In this document: piece after piece, positions 17,577-27,780 of the stretch
How the letters are laid out: the number at the start of each line of letters is the position of its first letter
Position numbering within the stretch: position 1 is the first letter of the stretch
NCBI GenBank assembly: GCA_029379265.1
Contig: JAQYWN010000001.1
Coordinates: forward strand, 1 to 32,000
DNA from: Rhizonema sp. NSF051
GTDB lineage: Bacteria > Cyanobacteriota > Cyanobacteriia > Cyanobacteriales > Nostocaceae
Direction: 5' to 3'
Length of the DNA stretch: 32,000 nt
The notes under the pieces: generated by a model
Told to the model about the DNA's origin: nothing
The model's database searches: none
Seen by the model: the letters and a program-made list of their open reading frames with translations, nothing else
Program-made: the position numbers and the translations under genes

Positions 17577-17855
17577 GAAATAGTTTTGTTTTTTATTGCC
17601 GATCTACTTTCTTTACTCTGTCTTTCTATGAAACGCTCAATTAGTAAGCCTTCACAGGTTTTATTTGTATCATCTCAGGCTTTGCTTAGGTGAGAATAAA
17701 ACGCAAAGACTCATAAAATTGTTATTAATGCAATATTTGTATATAAATCTTTACTTTTTAAAAATCTCCCCTTTTTATGAGAAGTTATCAATTTTTGACT
17801 ACGACCTTTTTGAAATGGGTAATATTCTGAGAGAAATCGAGCTACTCAGACTGCT

Positions 17856-20039
17856 GTGAAAGTTTTGTTACACCCTCTCTACTCTGAACTCAATGCAGGT
17901 GTAGGTAAGTGTCTGCTGGGATGCAAAGAAATTTGCCAAGCAGACAAGCTTAAACCTCCAGAAGGTTACACATGTCCGCTCTCCTCTCACCAAGCAAAAA
18001 CTTATGCTGCTGTTGTTCAAGGAAAAGCTGACATTATTTTTAACAAGTCTGCAACTGGAGATGGTAAATCTCTAGGTGCTTCTTTACCCGGACTGCTTAA
18101 CCCAAGTTTTCGGATTATGAGTCAATATCCTACCATTGAATTGGTGGAAGACCAAACTCAACAGCAAAAACACTATCACGAAGTGTTCGGGTTGGATGCT
18201 TCTGAACGAGTCGATCGCCTGTTTGGTGCAGAGTTAAGTCGCCGGGTAAAGCAAGCACAAAAGAGCAACAAGTTTCAAGAACTGTTACTAGCTATCCAAG
18301 ATAAGCCATTTTTGCTGACCAATCCTGATATTTTTCATTACATCACTCACTTTCAGTATCGAAATGCGCCTTATAGTAATGACTTGCTACCTCTAATATT
18401 GGCAGAATGGCCAGATTTATGGGTGTTTGATGAGTTTCATATTTTTGGCCCGCATCAAGAAGCTGCGGTTTTGAACAGTATGACACTCATCCGCCGTACT
18501 CAGGAAAATCAATCACGTCCAAGGCGTTTCTTATTTACTTCGGCAACACCTAAATCAGATTTTATTGAACAACTGCGCCAAACCGGGTTTAATATTGAAG
18601 CTGTGGAAGGAGTTTACGCGGATAAAAATACTCCTGGTTATTCCCAACTTCTGGAACTTCCAATCTCTGAGTTGCCACGTACTTTCCAGCCGAATGAAAA
18701 TTCTCCAGGCTATCGGCAAATTTTACAGCCAGTTGAACTGGAGTTTGTGGAATTAAAAGAGACAGACACGCTTTCATGGCTGACTGAAATGGCTGCTCAC
18801 ATTCAAGAAATTTTGGATGCAGAAGCAAAAGGCAGAGGGTTGATTATTGTCAATTCTGTTGCCAAGGCGGGTACGATCGCTCGTCAACTTGATGAATTAC
18901 TGCCAGGAGTCATCGTCAGAGAAATCAGTGGACGCATTGATCGTCAAGAAAGGTTACAAACCCAAACTCAACTCAAAGATAGCAACCAGCCAGTTTTGGT
19001 TGTGGGAACATCTGCGGTGGATGTGGGAGTTGACTTTAAAATTCACCTGTTGATTTTTGAGAGTAGTGATTCAGCAACTATCATACAACGTTTGGGTCGT
19101 TTGGGACGACATTCTGGGTTTTCTACGTATAAAGCTTTTCTTTTGATTCCTAGTCATACGCCTTGGGTGATGGCGAGATTACAAGAAAAACTCACTCCAA
19201 GTATGGAAAGAGGTGAATTAACTGATGCGATCGCCTATGCTTTTGATCCACCCAAAGAATTTCATCAATATAGCCAACGTTGGGGTGCATTGCAAGCACA
19301 GGGAATGCTGGCACGAATGAGTCAGGAAAACGCCAAAGTCAGTCAACAAGTGCGCGATCGCATGACTGAAGATTTGCAGCGTGTCTACTCTTCATCCCTG
19401 GAATCTGCACGCAAGCAGTGGTTCGCTTTACAGAATAATGATGTTGGCAAAGCTATTCAAACTGAACTTTTGCGTTTCCGAGGTGCTTCAACTCTCCAAG
19501 CTGCTGTTTGGGAAAATCATCGCTTTTACGCTTATGACTTGCTGAGATTGTTACCTTATGCATTGGTAGAAGTCACAGACAGAGAAACATTCCTGCAAGC
19601 AGCTTCTCAATCCAGTCATGGAGAAGAAGAATTTCCCGATGAGTATATCAAGGTTTATCTTCGCGTTCAAAGTTGGGTAGATGAACGATTTCATCTCAGC
19701 TTGCATTGCAACCGCAAGAGTAGCGAATTGAAGTGTGGTGAACTTTCATTGGTAGACAAGCTAAGTGTAATCGGACATCCTCAATCTGAGGCGATCGCTT
19801 GCTTGAAACAAAAGAAAATACTTGCCTTTCTAGTTCCCGTTCGTAAGAATTCCCCGACAAGTCACTGGGAAGTTAGCAAAACCCTTAACCTCAGCTTTCT
19901 TTTTGGCTTATATCGAGTCACTAATGCTTCCGAAGAAACCTATGCCTGTGCTTTTAACCAAGATGCCTTACTGTTAGCCGCTTTGGGTGGAAGGTTGAAA
20001 AAGTTCTACCGTACCCGATTTGAATCATCAATTTTTTAG
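17856..20039 (+). CDS. cas3: Type I-D Cas3' (SF2 helicase, no HD domain)
   Basis: 727 aa with Walker A-like SATGDGKS, a DEAH-type WVFDEFHIF box, helicase C motifs (VVGTSAVDVGVD, QRLGRLGR) and a GTG start. It lies directly upstream of cas10d. Confidence 0.85.
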   Translation: MKVLLHPLYSELNAGVGKCLLGCKEICQADKLKPPEGYTCPLSSHQAKTYAAVVQGKADIIFNKSATGDGKSLGASLPGLLNPSFRIMSQYPTIELVEDQTQQQKHYHEVFGLDASERVDRLFGAELSRRVKQAQKSNKFQELLLAIQDKPFLLTNPDIFHYITHFQYRNAPYSNDLLPLILAEWPDLWVFDEFHIFGPHQEAAVLNSMTLIRRTQENQSRPRRFLFTSATPKSDFIEQLRQTGFNIEAVEGVYADKNTPGYSQLLELPISELPRTFQPNENSPGYRQILQPVELEFVELKETDTLSWLTEMAAHIQEILDAEAKGRGLIIVNSVAKAGTIARQLDELLPGVIVREISGRIDRQERLQTQTQLKDSNQPVLVVGTSAVDVGVDFKIHLLIFESSDSATIIQRLGRLGRHSGFSTYKAFLLIPSHTPWVMARLQEKLTPSMERGELTDAIAYAFDPPKEFHQYSQRWGALQAQGMLARMSQENAKVSQQVRDRMTEDLQRVYSSSLESARKQWFALQNNDVGKAIQTELLRFRGASTLQAAVWENHRFYAYDLLRLLPYALVEVTDRETFLQAASQSSHGEEEFPDEYIKVYLRVQSWVDERFHLSLHCNRKSSELKCGELSLVDKLSVIGHPQSEAIACLKQKKILAFLVPVRKNSPTSHWEVSKTLNLSFLFGLYRVTNASEETYACAFNQDALLLAALGGRLKKFYRTRFESSIF

Positions 20040-20049
20040 AGAAATCTTC

Positions 20050-23004
20050 ATGCCAACTCTACTACAAACTCTGCTGACTGAAACCTTACCAGCAGATACA
20101 GATCCAATTCTACGTTCATATATTGAAACTGTATTACCAGCATTGGAACGAGAATTTGCTTTAGCAACTGCCTTAGGAGGTTCAGAAGCAGTACATTATC
20201 AGATGTTGTGTCAAATTGGCGATAAATATGCTGGAGAGAAATCTCGGGAATGGTCGCAAAATCCTGACCAAAGTTTAATGGTACATGTATTGAATGCCTT
20301 ATTGACATCTTGGAACTTGATTCCGCACTTAAGGCAAGATTTATCTTTGTCAGATATCGAAAAGCGACTGCTGTGTTTGGGAATCACCTTACATGATTAT
20401 GACAAACATTGCCGCGCCCAAGCTAAAAAACCTCCTCACGCTGCTGATATTACGGCAATTCTGGAAGTTTGTCAAGAATTAGGTGAAAAACTGAATTTTG
20501 ACTTATTTTGGTCGCAGTGGCGGGAATATCTTTCGGACATTGCTTTTTTAGCACAAAATACCCAGTTTAAACATGGGACTAACATTATACCTGCCAACTG
20601 GCCCAAGTTTCACATTGATGATTCTCGTCGCCTTAAGTTACCGCTACGTCATCTCCTCGGTTTTGGAGACATTGCCGTTCACCTGAAAGATCCAGGAGAG
20701 ATTGATACGAAATCAGGAGGCGATCGCCTGCGCGAACACCTACGTTTTCTAGGTATTCACAAACAATTAGTCTATCACCGCCTGCGAGACACTTTAGGCA
20801 TTCTGACGAACGGTATCCACAATGCCACAGTGAATTTTGCCAAGGAGATAGAATGGGAACCAATTTTATTTTTTGCTCAAGGTGTCGTATATCTCGCACC
20901 TAATGATAGTGAAACTCCCGAACAATTAGAACTCCAAGGTTATATTTGGCGGCAGGTAAGCAGTGTTTTAGGAAGTAAAATGCTGAGTGGAGAAATTGGC
21001 TTTAAACGAGATGGGAAGGGATTAAAAGTTGCTCCCCAAACCTTAGAATTATTTTCTGCTGCCGAACTGATTCCCCAACTTCCAGATGTGATTGCAGCGC
21101 GTGTCAATAACATAAAAGATCCAGCAACACCCAAACGGTTAGAAAAGTTATCTTTAACTGAATCAGAAAAAGAATATCTCAGTCAAGGTGCAGATATCCG
21201 TGCTGATCGCATAGCTGAATTTATCTTTATCACCCAAAAGGAATTTTTTGGCAATTCTCCCGAATATATAACTTGGATACTAAATACTTTAGAACTCCAA
21301 GACAAAATCTCACCGGAACAAACACAAGTACAGTCAGGAGGAGTCTACTATGGTTGGTATCAAGTCGCAGCTCATTATATTGCCGATCATGCCACGTTGA
21401 AACCAGAAGATGTTTCCGAAAAACTCAATCAATGGGCGGAAGATTTGGCGAGTTGGGCAAGTGATCGCAACTTACTACCAGAACACCACAATCCAATCCG
21501 TGAAATCTTTTCTCGTTATTTAACTCAATATTTAGAAGTCAAAGGATGGGAAACTGAAAATCCAGCGTTTGCGGCTGAATTTGCAGCATATACCGACGCT
21601 AAAACTAAAGCAGCCAAACAACCAATTTGTTCTCTTAGTTCTGGGGAATTTGAATCAGAAGACCAAATGGATTCTGTGGTATTATTTAAACCCCAGCAGT
21701 ACAGTAATAAAAATCCCCTTGGTGGACGGCAAATTAAACGAGGTATTTCTAAAATTTGGGCTTTAGAAATGCTGCTTCGTCAAGCTTTATGGGCAGTACC
21801 CGCAGGGAAACTCGAAGAACAACAACCAATATTTTTATACATTTTTCCTGCCTATGTTTATTCACCACAAACTGCTGCTGCTATTAAATTATTAATTAAC
21901 AATATGAAGCAAGTCAATCTTTGGGATATACGTAAACAATGGTTAGAAGCCGGAATGAATTTTAGCGGACTGCAATCTATGAACTGGTTATTAGATGAAC
22001 CAGAATTAGGTCGATTTGAGAAAGAACGCCACAAATATGCTAAAGAAAATTTGCCATTTATGGCAATGAGTTACACAGTAACACGCGGGAAAACCCTCAC
22101 AGATGCTTGGGTACAACCTGCTTTCATCGCTTTAATGCTTCCCATGTTACTGGGAGTGAAAGTCATAGCTACTAGCAGTTCTGTACCGCTTTACAACAGT
22201 GATAGTGACTTTAAAGAATCCGTAATTCTTGATGCTCCCGCTGGATTTTGGAACTTATTAGGTTTATCAACTTCCTTACGAATTCAAGATTTTTCCTCTG
22301 CATTACAACGGCTGATGATTGCCTATAGCTTGCATTTAGATACCCGCAGTTCACCGCCTGATGCTAAGTGGAGAGATTTGATTAAAACCGTGAGGGAAGT
22401 CAGCACTAATGTCCTGAATATTTTTGCTTTAGCTGAAGAAAGATTGCGATCCGATCAAAAAGGAAATCCCACTCATGAAGAAGTTCAACGTTACTGGCAA
22501 TATACCCAATTATGGGTAAAAACAGAAGATGACTCAGTTAAAACAGAAGGAAGTTATTTGATGAAACTCATGGAAAAGTTAGTGCGACAATACCGCACAT
22601 TTTACCAAGCTAATTTACGCGAATCAAGTCACACAATATTGCTGCCCTTATCTAAGGCTTTGGAAATCATTCTTAGCGTACCGCAACAAGTTGAGCAGGA
22701 GGATTTGATTTTACAAGCTGCCGGACAAATTCAAGATGCCATTAAACGTCAAGAAGTTTACAAACGTCCATTGATAATGGATAAATCTGTAGATAGAGCC
22801 ATAAGAGAAGCCAGGGAGTTGACAGCCATTCACACTTTTATGACGATTTGCGTTCAAGAGTTATTTCTCGAACTTTATAAAGGCGATCGCGCCTTGTTAC
22901 AAGAAAATCGCAATCGGATAAAATCCGGTGCCGAATTTACCTATCGTTGGTTGGCGTTACAAGAAAATTCATCAAAATCTGAATCATTGGGAGAAAAATT
23001 ATGA
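20050..23004 (+). CDS. cas10d: Type I-D large subunit Cas10d (Csc3) with an N-terminal HD nuclease domain
   Basis: About 984 aa from the ATG at 20050. The HD motif reads GITLHDYDKH, with an upstream histidine in MVHVLNALL. Size and position between cas3' and csc2 are diagnostic of type I-D. Confidence 0.85.
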   Translation: MPTLLQTLLTETLPADTDPILRSYIETVLPALEREFALATALGGSEAVHYQMLCQIGDKYAGEKSREWSQNPDQSLMVHVLNALLTSWNLIPHLRQDLSLSDIEKRLLCLGITLHDYDKHCRAQAKKPPHAADITAILEVCQELGEKLNFDLFWSQWREYLSDIAFLAQNTQFKHGTNIIPANWPKFHIDDSRRLKLPLRHLLGFGDIAVHLKDPGEIDTKSGGDRLREHLRFLGIHKQLVYHRLRDTLGILTNGIHNATVNFAKEIEWEPILFFAQGVVYLAPNDSETPEQLELQGYIWRQVSSVLGSKMLSGEIGFKRDGKGLKVAPQTLELFSAAELIPQLPDVIAARVNNIKDPATPKRLEKLSLTESEKEYLSQGADIRADRIAEFIFITQKEFFGNSPEYITWILNTLELQDKISPEQTQVQSGGVYYGWYQVAAHYIADHATLKPEDVSEKLNQWAEDLASWASDRNLLPEHHNPIREIFSRYLTQYLEVKGWETENPAFAAEFAAYTDAKTKAAKQPICSLSSGEFESEDQMDSVVLFKPQQYSNKNPLGGRQIKRGISKIWALEMLLRQALWAVPAGKLEEQQPIFLYIFPAYVYSPQTAAAIKLLINNMKQVNLWDIRKQWLEAGMNFSGLQSMNWLLDEPELGRFEKERHKYAKENLPFMAMSYTVTRGKTLTDAWVQPAFIALMLPMLLGVKVIATSSSVPLYNSDSDFKESVILDAPAGFWNLLGLSTSLRIQDFSSALQRLMIAYSLHLDTRSSPPDAKWRDLIKTVREVSTNVLNIFALAEERLRSDQKGNPTHEEVQRYWQYTQLWVKTEDDSVKTEGSYLMKLMEKLVRQYRTFYQANLRESSHTILLPLSKALEIILSVPQQVEQEDLILQAAGQIQDAIKRQEVYKRPLIMDKSVDRAIREARELTAIHTFMTICVQELFLELYKGDRALLQENRNRIKSGAEFTYRWLALQENSSKSESLGEKL
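22561..23004 (+). CDS. cas11d: Candidate internally translated small subunit Cas11d (in frame with the cas10d 3' end)
   Basis: An in-frame ATG at 22561 is preceded by GAAGGAAG (22546-22553) with 7-nt spacing. It would give a 147-aa helical product, MKLMEKLVRQYRTFYQ... Internal translation of Cas11 from large-subunit genes is established for type I-D. Confidence 0.4.
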   Translation: MKLMEKLVRQYRTFYQANLRESSHTILLPLSKALEIILSVPQQVEQEDLILQAAGQIQDAIKRQEVYKRPLIMDKSVDRAIREARELTAIHTFMTICVQELFLELYKGDRALLQENRNRIKSGAEFTYRWLALQENSSKSESLGEKL

Positions 23005-23990
23005 CAGTTTTAGAAAGCTTAAAACCACAATTTCAATCTGCATTTCCTCGCTTGGCTACAGGGAAATACATCCACCTTATTATGCTACGCCACAGTCAAT
23101 CATTTCCAGTCTTTCAAACTGATGGTATTCTCAACACTGCACGAACACAAGCCGGATTGGAGAACAAAGAAAAAATCAGCCGTTTAGTGATGTTCAAGCG
23201 CAAGCAAACCACCCCTGAACGCCTTGCAGGAAGAGAATTACTTCGCGCACTCAACCTTACCACTGCTGATAAATCAAACAAGGAGAAATTCTGCGAATAT
23301 AATGGGGAACAATCTTGTAAAAAATGTCCCGACTGTATTATCTATGGATTTGCAATTGGTGATGGCGGTTCGGAACGTTCCAAGGTTTACTCTGATTCGG
23401 CATTTTCCCTGAACAATTACGAACAATCACATCGCAGTTTTACTTTCAATGCACCTTTTGAAGGTGGAACAATGAGTGAAGCAGGAGAGATGCGGAGTGC
23501 TATTAACGAGTTAGATCATGTCATACCAGAAGTGACATTTCCAACTATCGAAACCTTACGAGATACAACTTATGAAGGTTTTATTTACGTATTGGGCAAC
23601 TTACTACGGACAAAACGTTACGGCGCACAGGAATCACGTACAGGAACGATGCGAAACTACATCGTTGGAATTGCCTTTTGTGATGGGGAAATATTCAGTA
23701 ATTTACACTATACTCAAGCTCTCTACGATGCCTTAAAATCGAAAGGCGACATTGATACTCCAATTGGCGATATCTTGCATCAGGCACAAACCGTGGCAAA
23801 TACCTTGTTGAATGACGAACCTGTACGCAAAGCACATCTCATGTTTGGTTCGCAGTTGGATGATTTAGTTCATGAAATTAGCACCCTGTATCAAGACGAA
23901 ATGCGATCGCTTGAAAATATGACAGCACTTTACGGGCAAACCAAAGCCTATGCAGAATCATTTGGTGCCTTGAAGAAAAAAGGTAAGTAA
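23001..23990 (+). CDS. csc2: Type I-D Csc2 (Cas7d backbone subunit)
   Basis: 329 aa. The motif CKKCPDCIIYGFAIGDGGSE and overall pattern are typical of Csc2. The ATGA start overlaps the cas10d stop. Confidence 0.85.
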   Translation: MTVLESLKPQFQSAFPRLATGKYIHLIMLRHSQSFPVFQTDGILNTARTQAGLENKEKISRLVMFKRKQTTPERLAGRELLRALNLTTADKSNKEKFCEYNGEQSCKKCPDCIIYGFAIGDGGSERSKVYSDSAFSLNNYEQSHRSFTFNAPFEGGTMSEAGEMRSAINELDHVIPEVTFPTIETLRDTTYEGFIYVLGNLLRTKRYGAQESRTGTMRNYIVGIAFCDGEIFSNLHYTQALYDALKSKGDIDTPIGDILHQAQTVANTLLNDEPVRKAHLMFGSQLDDLVHEISTLYQDEMRSLENMTALYGQTKAYAESFGALKKKGK

Positions 23991-24052
23991 GTAATACAGC
24001 AATCCTAAATAGTTCAGGAACTAAGTAAATCAACACAGAAAACCGAACTATT

Positions 24053-24206
24053 TTATGTAAAGGCTCGTAGTTGCGCTTTAGCGCTCTAGACATCAATCAG
24101 CGCTGAAGCGCTACTACAAACCTGACTATATGAATTTATGTAAAGGCTCGTAGTTGCGCTTTAGCGCTCTAGACATCAATCAGCGCTGAAGCGCTACTAC
24201 AAACCT
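24053..24206 (+). repeat. Two identical 71-bp hairpin elements with an 83-bp period, in the csc2-csc1 spacer
   Basis: Copies at 24053-24123 and 24136-24206 are identical. Each has 19-nt arms with 17 Watson-Crick pairs, one G.T wobble and one mismatch, e.g. GTAGTTGCGCTTTAGCGCT (24067-24085) with AGCGCTGAAGCGCTACTAC (24099-24117), and a 13-nt loop. The second copy is followed by a T-rich tract at 24206-24218. Confidence 0.85.
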
Positions 24207-24314
24207 TTATTTATTTGTGCCGAATAAGTCCTCTTTTTCTTGCCTTGACGGTTCTTTCGTTCTCCTCGACGGATTGCTGTAGAGAAGAAAAACACAGTTC
24301 ACCAATTCCCTCAT

Positions 24315-25091
24315 ATGACACTTTACCATTGCACTCTCACATTGCATGACAATGTCTTTTTTGCCACACGAGAGATGGGAATTCTCTACGAAACAGAAAA
24401 ATATTTGCACAACTGGGCACTGAGTTTTGCATTATTCGGAATCAAATATATTCCCCAAGCCTATCGCCTTCAAGGAGAAATGGCACAGAAACCGACATAT
24501 TTGGATAGCAAAGCCGAACAAAATCTTCTACATTTAAATCAAGCAGGAATTTATGTCTTTCCAGCACAACCCATAATTTGGTCCTACCAAATTAACACTT
24601 TTAAAGCTGCCCAAGTAACTTACTATGGTAAGTCAAAACAGTTTGGTGAAAAAGGGGCAGATAAAAATTATCCCATTAACTACGGGCGAGCAAAAGAATT
24701 GGCTGTTGGCAGCCTATATCGCACATATATTATTGCACCCGAAGCTGTTAACTTCCCGCGTTGGATACGTCTGGGGAAATGGGCTGCCAAAACTCATGTT
24801 GAGATAGTCAAAATTCCCGATTCGCTAATTCAAGTTAAGTCAGGGGAATATGTCTGCTTACACCCATTAAATCCTCTCGATTTACCAACCGATACTCAAA
24901 TACTACTATACAACCGCATTGTGATGCCGCCAGTCAGTTTGGTGAGTCAGGCACAACTGCGTGGTGAGTATCGGGAAGCAACAGGAGATGCTTGGAAAAA
25001 GTTCAAAATGCAATTTCCCCAGTTACCCGAACAGATTCGTTTACCATTACGGACATCTTATGGAGCAGGAAATGTTGCAGCAACCGTATAA
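24315..25091 (+). CDS. csc1: Type I-D Csc1 (Cas5d)
   Basis: 258 aa. The N-terminus MTLYHCTLTLHDNVFFATREMG is typical of Csc1, and its position lies between csc2 and cas6. Confidence 0.8.
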   Translation: MTLYHCTLTLHDNVFFATREMGILYETEKYLHNWALSFALFGIKYIPQAYRLQGEMAQKPTYLDSKAEQNLLHLNQAGIYVFPAQPIIWSYQINTFKAAQVTYYGKSKQFGEKGADKNYPINYGRAKELAVGSLYRTYIIAPEAVNFPRWIRLGKWAAKTHVEIVKIPDSLIQVKSGEYVCLHPLNPLDLPTDTQILLYNRIVMPPVSLVSQAQLRGEYREATGDAWKKFKMQFPQLPEQIRLPLRTSYGAGNVAATV

Positions 25092-25923
25092 ACCGCCAAC
25101 ACTACACTCAGTCGTCGTCGAACTTGCAGCTGCGGATGTTGGATACATACCACCAACTTTATCGCGGGCGCTACATGCTTTAGTTTTAAAGTGGATAGCG
25201 TTGGGTAATTCTGAGGTAGCGTCGATTATTCATGCCAGTCAGAATTCACCTTTGAGTATTTCAAGTTTATTAGGAAATCGCCGCCCATCTGGCACGCAAG
25301 TTGGAGACTTTTTTTACTTTCGCATCGGCATTTTAGACGGAAGTATCATCGAATCACTAATGAGTGGGTTTGAGCAATCGGAAACCCAGAAGCTCGTACT
25401 CGCAAATTTTCCTTTTGTGTTACGCAATATGTATGCTCTACCGGGTACGCACCATCTAGCAGGTGCCGCAGATTATGGGTTGCTGTCACATCCTGCTCAA
25501 GTTTTGAATGACATCGAATTGCAGTTTCTTTCCCCCACCAGCTTTAAACAAAACCAAGGGGTTCAGACGTTTCCCCTGCCGGAATTAGTCTTTAACTCGC
25601 TGCACCGACGCTGGAATGCGTTTGCGCCAGAACAATACCACCTTGCACCAATGGAATGGAACGCTTTCGTTTCGGCATACGAACTCAAAACTCACGCACT
25701 CAAAATGGAAGGAGGTGCAGAAATTGGCGCACAGGGTTGGGTGCGTTATCGCTTCCAAGAAGTAGAAGCCGCGAAGATAGCAACTATTCTCGCCAATTTT
25801 GCCTTTTTTTCGGGGGTAGGGCGCAAAACCTCGATGGGGATGGGACAAACTCAACTGGCTATGACAAGCGCACTCAGCCAAACTTCCAAACCAAAACAGC
25901 GAAAAATTACAAATAACCGATGA
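25060..25923 (+). CDS. cas6: Cas6 crRNA endoribonuclease
   Basis: It has the C-terminal glycine-rich loop GVGRKTSMGMGQT. The start is probably the ATG at 25060 or 25072, overlapping the csc1 end. The ORF-track start at 24961 lies well inside csc1. Confidence 0.8.
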   Translation: MEQEMLQQPYKPPTLHSVVVELAAADVGYIPPTLSRALHALVLKWIALGNSEVASIIHASQNSPLSISSLLGNRRPSGTQVGDFFYFRIGILDGSIIESLMSGFEQSETQKLVLANFPFVLRNMYALPGTHHLAGAADYGLLSHPAQVLNDIELQFLSPTSFKQNQGVQTFPLPELVFNSLHRRWNAFAPEQYHLAPMEWNAFVSAYELKTHALKMEGGAEIGAQGWVRYRFQEVEAAKIATILANFAFFSGVGRKTSMGMGQTQLAMTSALSQTSKPKQRKITNNR

Positions 25924-26510
25924 ATGAACAGCACGAACATTCACTCCCATTAGCATACCTTAATGCTTGGGAATACTGCCCTCGCCGCTTCTACCTGGAA
26001 TACCAACTAGGAGAAAATGCTGATAATGAACACATGATTATTGGTCGCCATTTACACCGTAATGTGGATACGGATGGTCAATACACTGAGGGAGATACGG
26101 TGATTTATCGCCATCAGTGGGTGTGGAGCGATAGCCTGCACATCCACGGGATTATTGATGCAGTTGAGGAAAAAGACAACCAACTCATCCCGGTAGAATT
26201 CAAAAAAGGTCGAATGGCGAATCATCTGAGCGATCACTTTCAGCTTTGTGGTGCGGCGTTGTGTCTTGAAGAACGTACGGGGCGCACAATTAGTTATGGC
26301 GAAATTTTCTATTATGCCAATCGCCGTCGCCAGCGAGTAGATTTTATACCCGCATTGCGGCAAGCAACACAACAAGCCATTTCTGCGGCACTGACTGCGA
26401 TCGCCTGCCCCATGCCTGAACCCATCGAGCATCCCCAGAAATGTCGCGACTGTAGCTTAAAAAACATTTGTTTGCCGAATGAAATCAAACAATTACGTCG
26501 AGAGGAATAA
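25920..26510 (+). CDS. cas4: Cas4 (RecB-like nuclease with a 4-Cys cluster)
   Basis: 196 aa. An N-terminal Cys lies in WEYCPRRFY, the nuclease motif reads IDAV...VEFKKG, and the C-terminus has CRDCSLKNIC. The start overlaps the cas6 stop. Confidence 0.9.
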   Translation: MNEQHEHSLPLAYLNAWEYCPRRFYLEYQLGENADNEHMIIGRHLHRNVDTDGQYTEGDTVIYRHQWVWSDSLHIHGIIDAVEEKDNQLIPVEFKKGRMANHLSDHFQLCGAALCLEERTGRTISYGEIFYYANRRRQRVDFIPALRQATQQAISAALTAIACPMPEPIEHPQKCRDCSLKNICLPNEIKQLRREE

Positions 26511-26512
26511 AA

Positions 26513-27490
26513 ATGTCTATACTTTATGTTACGCAACCTGATGCAGTTTTAAGTAAAAATGCGGAAGCCTTTAAGGTGGCATTAAAGCAAGAAGATGGTT
26601 CTTGGGCAAAGCATTCAGTAGCAGCGCAAACCGTCGAACAAGTCGTATTGATGGGAAATCCCCAAATAACTGGTGATGCGTTGACGTATGCGTTAGAACT
26701 GGGAATGCCAGTACATTACCTTTCTCATTTTGGCAAGTACTTGGGTACGGCGCTTCCTGGCTACTCGCGTAACGGGCAACTGCGGTTGGCACAATACTCG
26801 CTCTACTACGACGAACAAAGACGGCTGGAACTCGTGAAAACTATCGTCACTGGTAAAATTCACAACCAGTATACCGTTCTCTACCGTCACGGTCAAAAAG
26901 ATAATCCCCTCAAATCCCGTAAACAACTGGTCAAAGAACAAACAACGCTGAATGAAGTCAGGGGAGTTGAAGGTTTAGCAGCACGGGAATATTTTACTTG
27001 TTGGTCGGCGATGCTGAACGAACATTGGTCTTTCAACGGTAGAAATCGCCGTCCGCCTACCGATGCCGTGAATGCATTGCTTGGGTTTACTTATGGACTT
27101 TTGCAAGTGCAAGTCACAGCAGCAATCCACATGGCAGGTTTAGATCCCTACATCGGCTATTTGCATGAAACTACGCGGGGACAACCTGCGATGGTTTTGG
27201 ATTTGATGGAGGAATTTCGTCCCCTGATTGCCCATAATCTCATTCTATCAGTGATTAGTCACAAAGAACTACAATCATCAGATTGTAGCGAAAGTCTTGG
27301 TGCATATCGCCTTTGCGAAAGCGGTCGGAAGAAATTTCTCAACTGCTGGGAACGCAAAATGAATGACGAGTTTAAGCATCCAACCTTTGGCTATCGCTGC
27401 CATTATCGACGTGCGATCGAATTACAAGCACGGTTATTAAGCCGTCACCTACAAGAAGGAGTTGTTTACAAACCACTGATACTACGATGA
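26513..27490 (+). CDS. cas1: Cas1 integrase
   Basis: 325 aa with the typical Cas1 pattern (GVEGLAAREYF, NALLGFTYGLL, GYLHE...PAMVLDLMEEFRP). Confidence 0.9.
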   Translation: MSILYVTQPDAVLSKNAEAFKVALKQEDGSWAKHSVAAQTVEQVVLMGNPQITGDALTYALELGMPVHYLSHFGKYLGTALPGYSRNGQLRLAQYSLYYDEQRRLELVKTIVTGKIHNQYTVLYRHGQKDNPLKSRKQLVKEQTTLNEVRGVEGLAAREYFTCWSAMLNEHWSFNGRNRRPPTDAVNALLGFTYGLLQVQVTAAIHMAGLDPYIGYLHETTRGQPAMVLDLMEEFRPLIAHNLILSVISHKELQSSDCSESLGAYRLCESGRKKFLNCWERKMNDEFKHPTFGYRCHYRRAIELQARLLSRHLQEGVVYKPLILR

Positions 27491-27780
27491 GTACATTGTT
27501 TTACTTGGTCATTTACGATATCCCCGATACCCGCACTGGTAACAAACGACGAAAAAAGCTGCACAGTCTGCTTTCCGGTTATGGCAAATGGACGCAATAC
27601 AGCATATTTGAATGCTTCCTAAACGCCATGCAGTTTGCTAAACTGAAAATCAAAATCGAGAATTTGATTAAACCGATTGAGGATTCAGTACGCATTTACG
27701 TCCTAGATGCTGGTGCAGTGAAGAAAACCATTACTTATGGTTCAGATAAACCCAGACAAGACGAAACTATCATATTATAA
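27487..27780 (+). CDS. cas2: Cas2
   Basis: 97 aa. The N-terminal LVIYDIPD beta strand and ferredoxin-like pattern are present. The ATGA start overlaps the cas1 stop. Confidence 0.9.
   Translation: MSTLFYLVIYDIPDTRTGNKRRKKLHSLLSGYGKWTQYSIFECFLNAMQFAKLKIKIENLIKPIEDSVRIYVLDAGAVKKTITYGSDKPRQDETIIL

Noticed and set aside
24961-25059. The ORF-track start of cas6 at 24961, which overlaps csc1 by 131 nt.
   Set aside because: The N-terminal 33 residues have odd composition and lie wholly inside csc1. The ATG at 25060 or 25072 gives a typical short overlap. The exact start remains uncertain.
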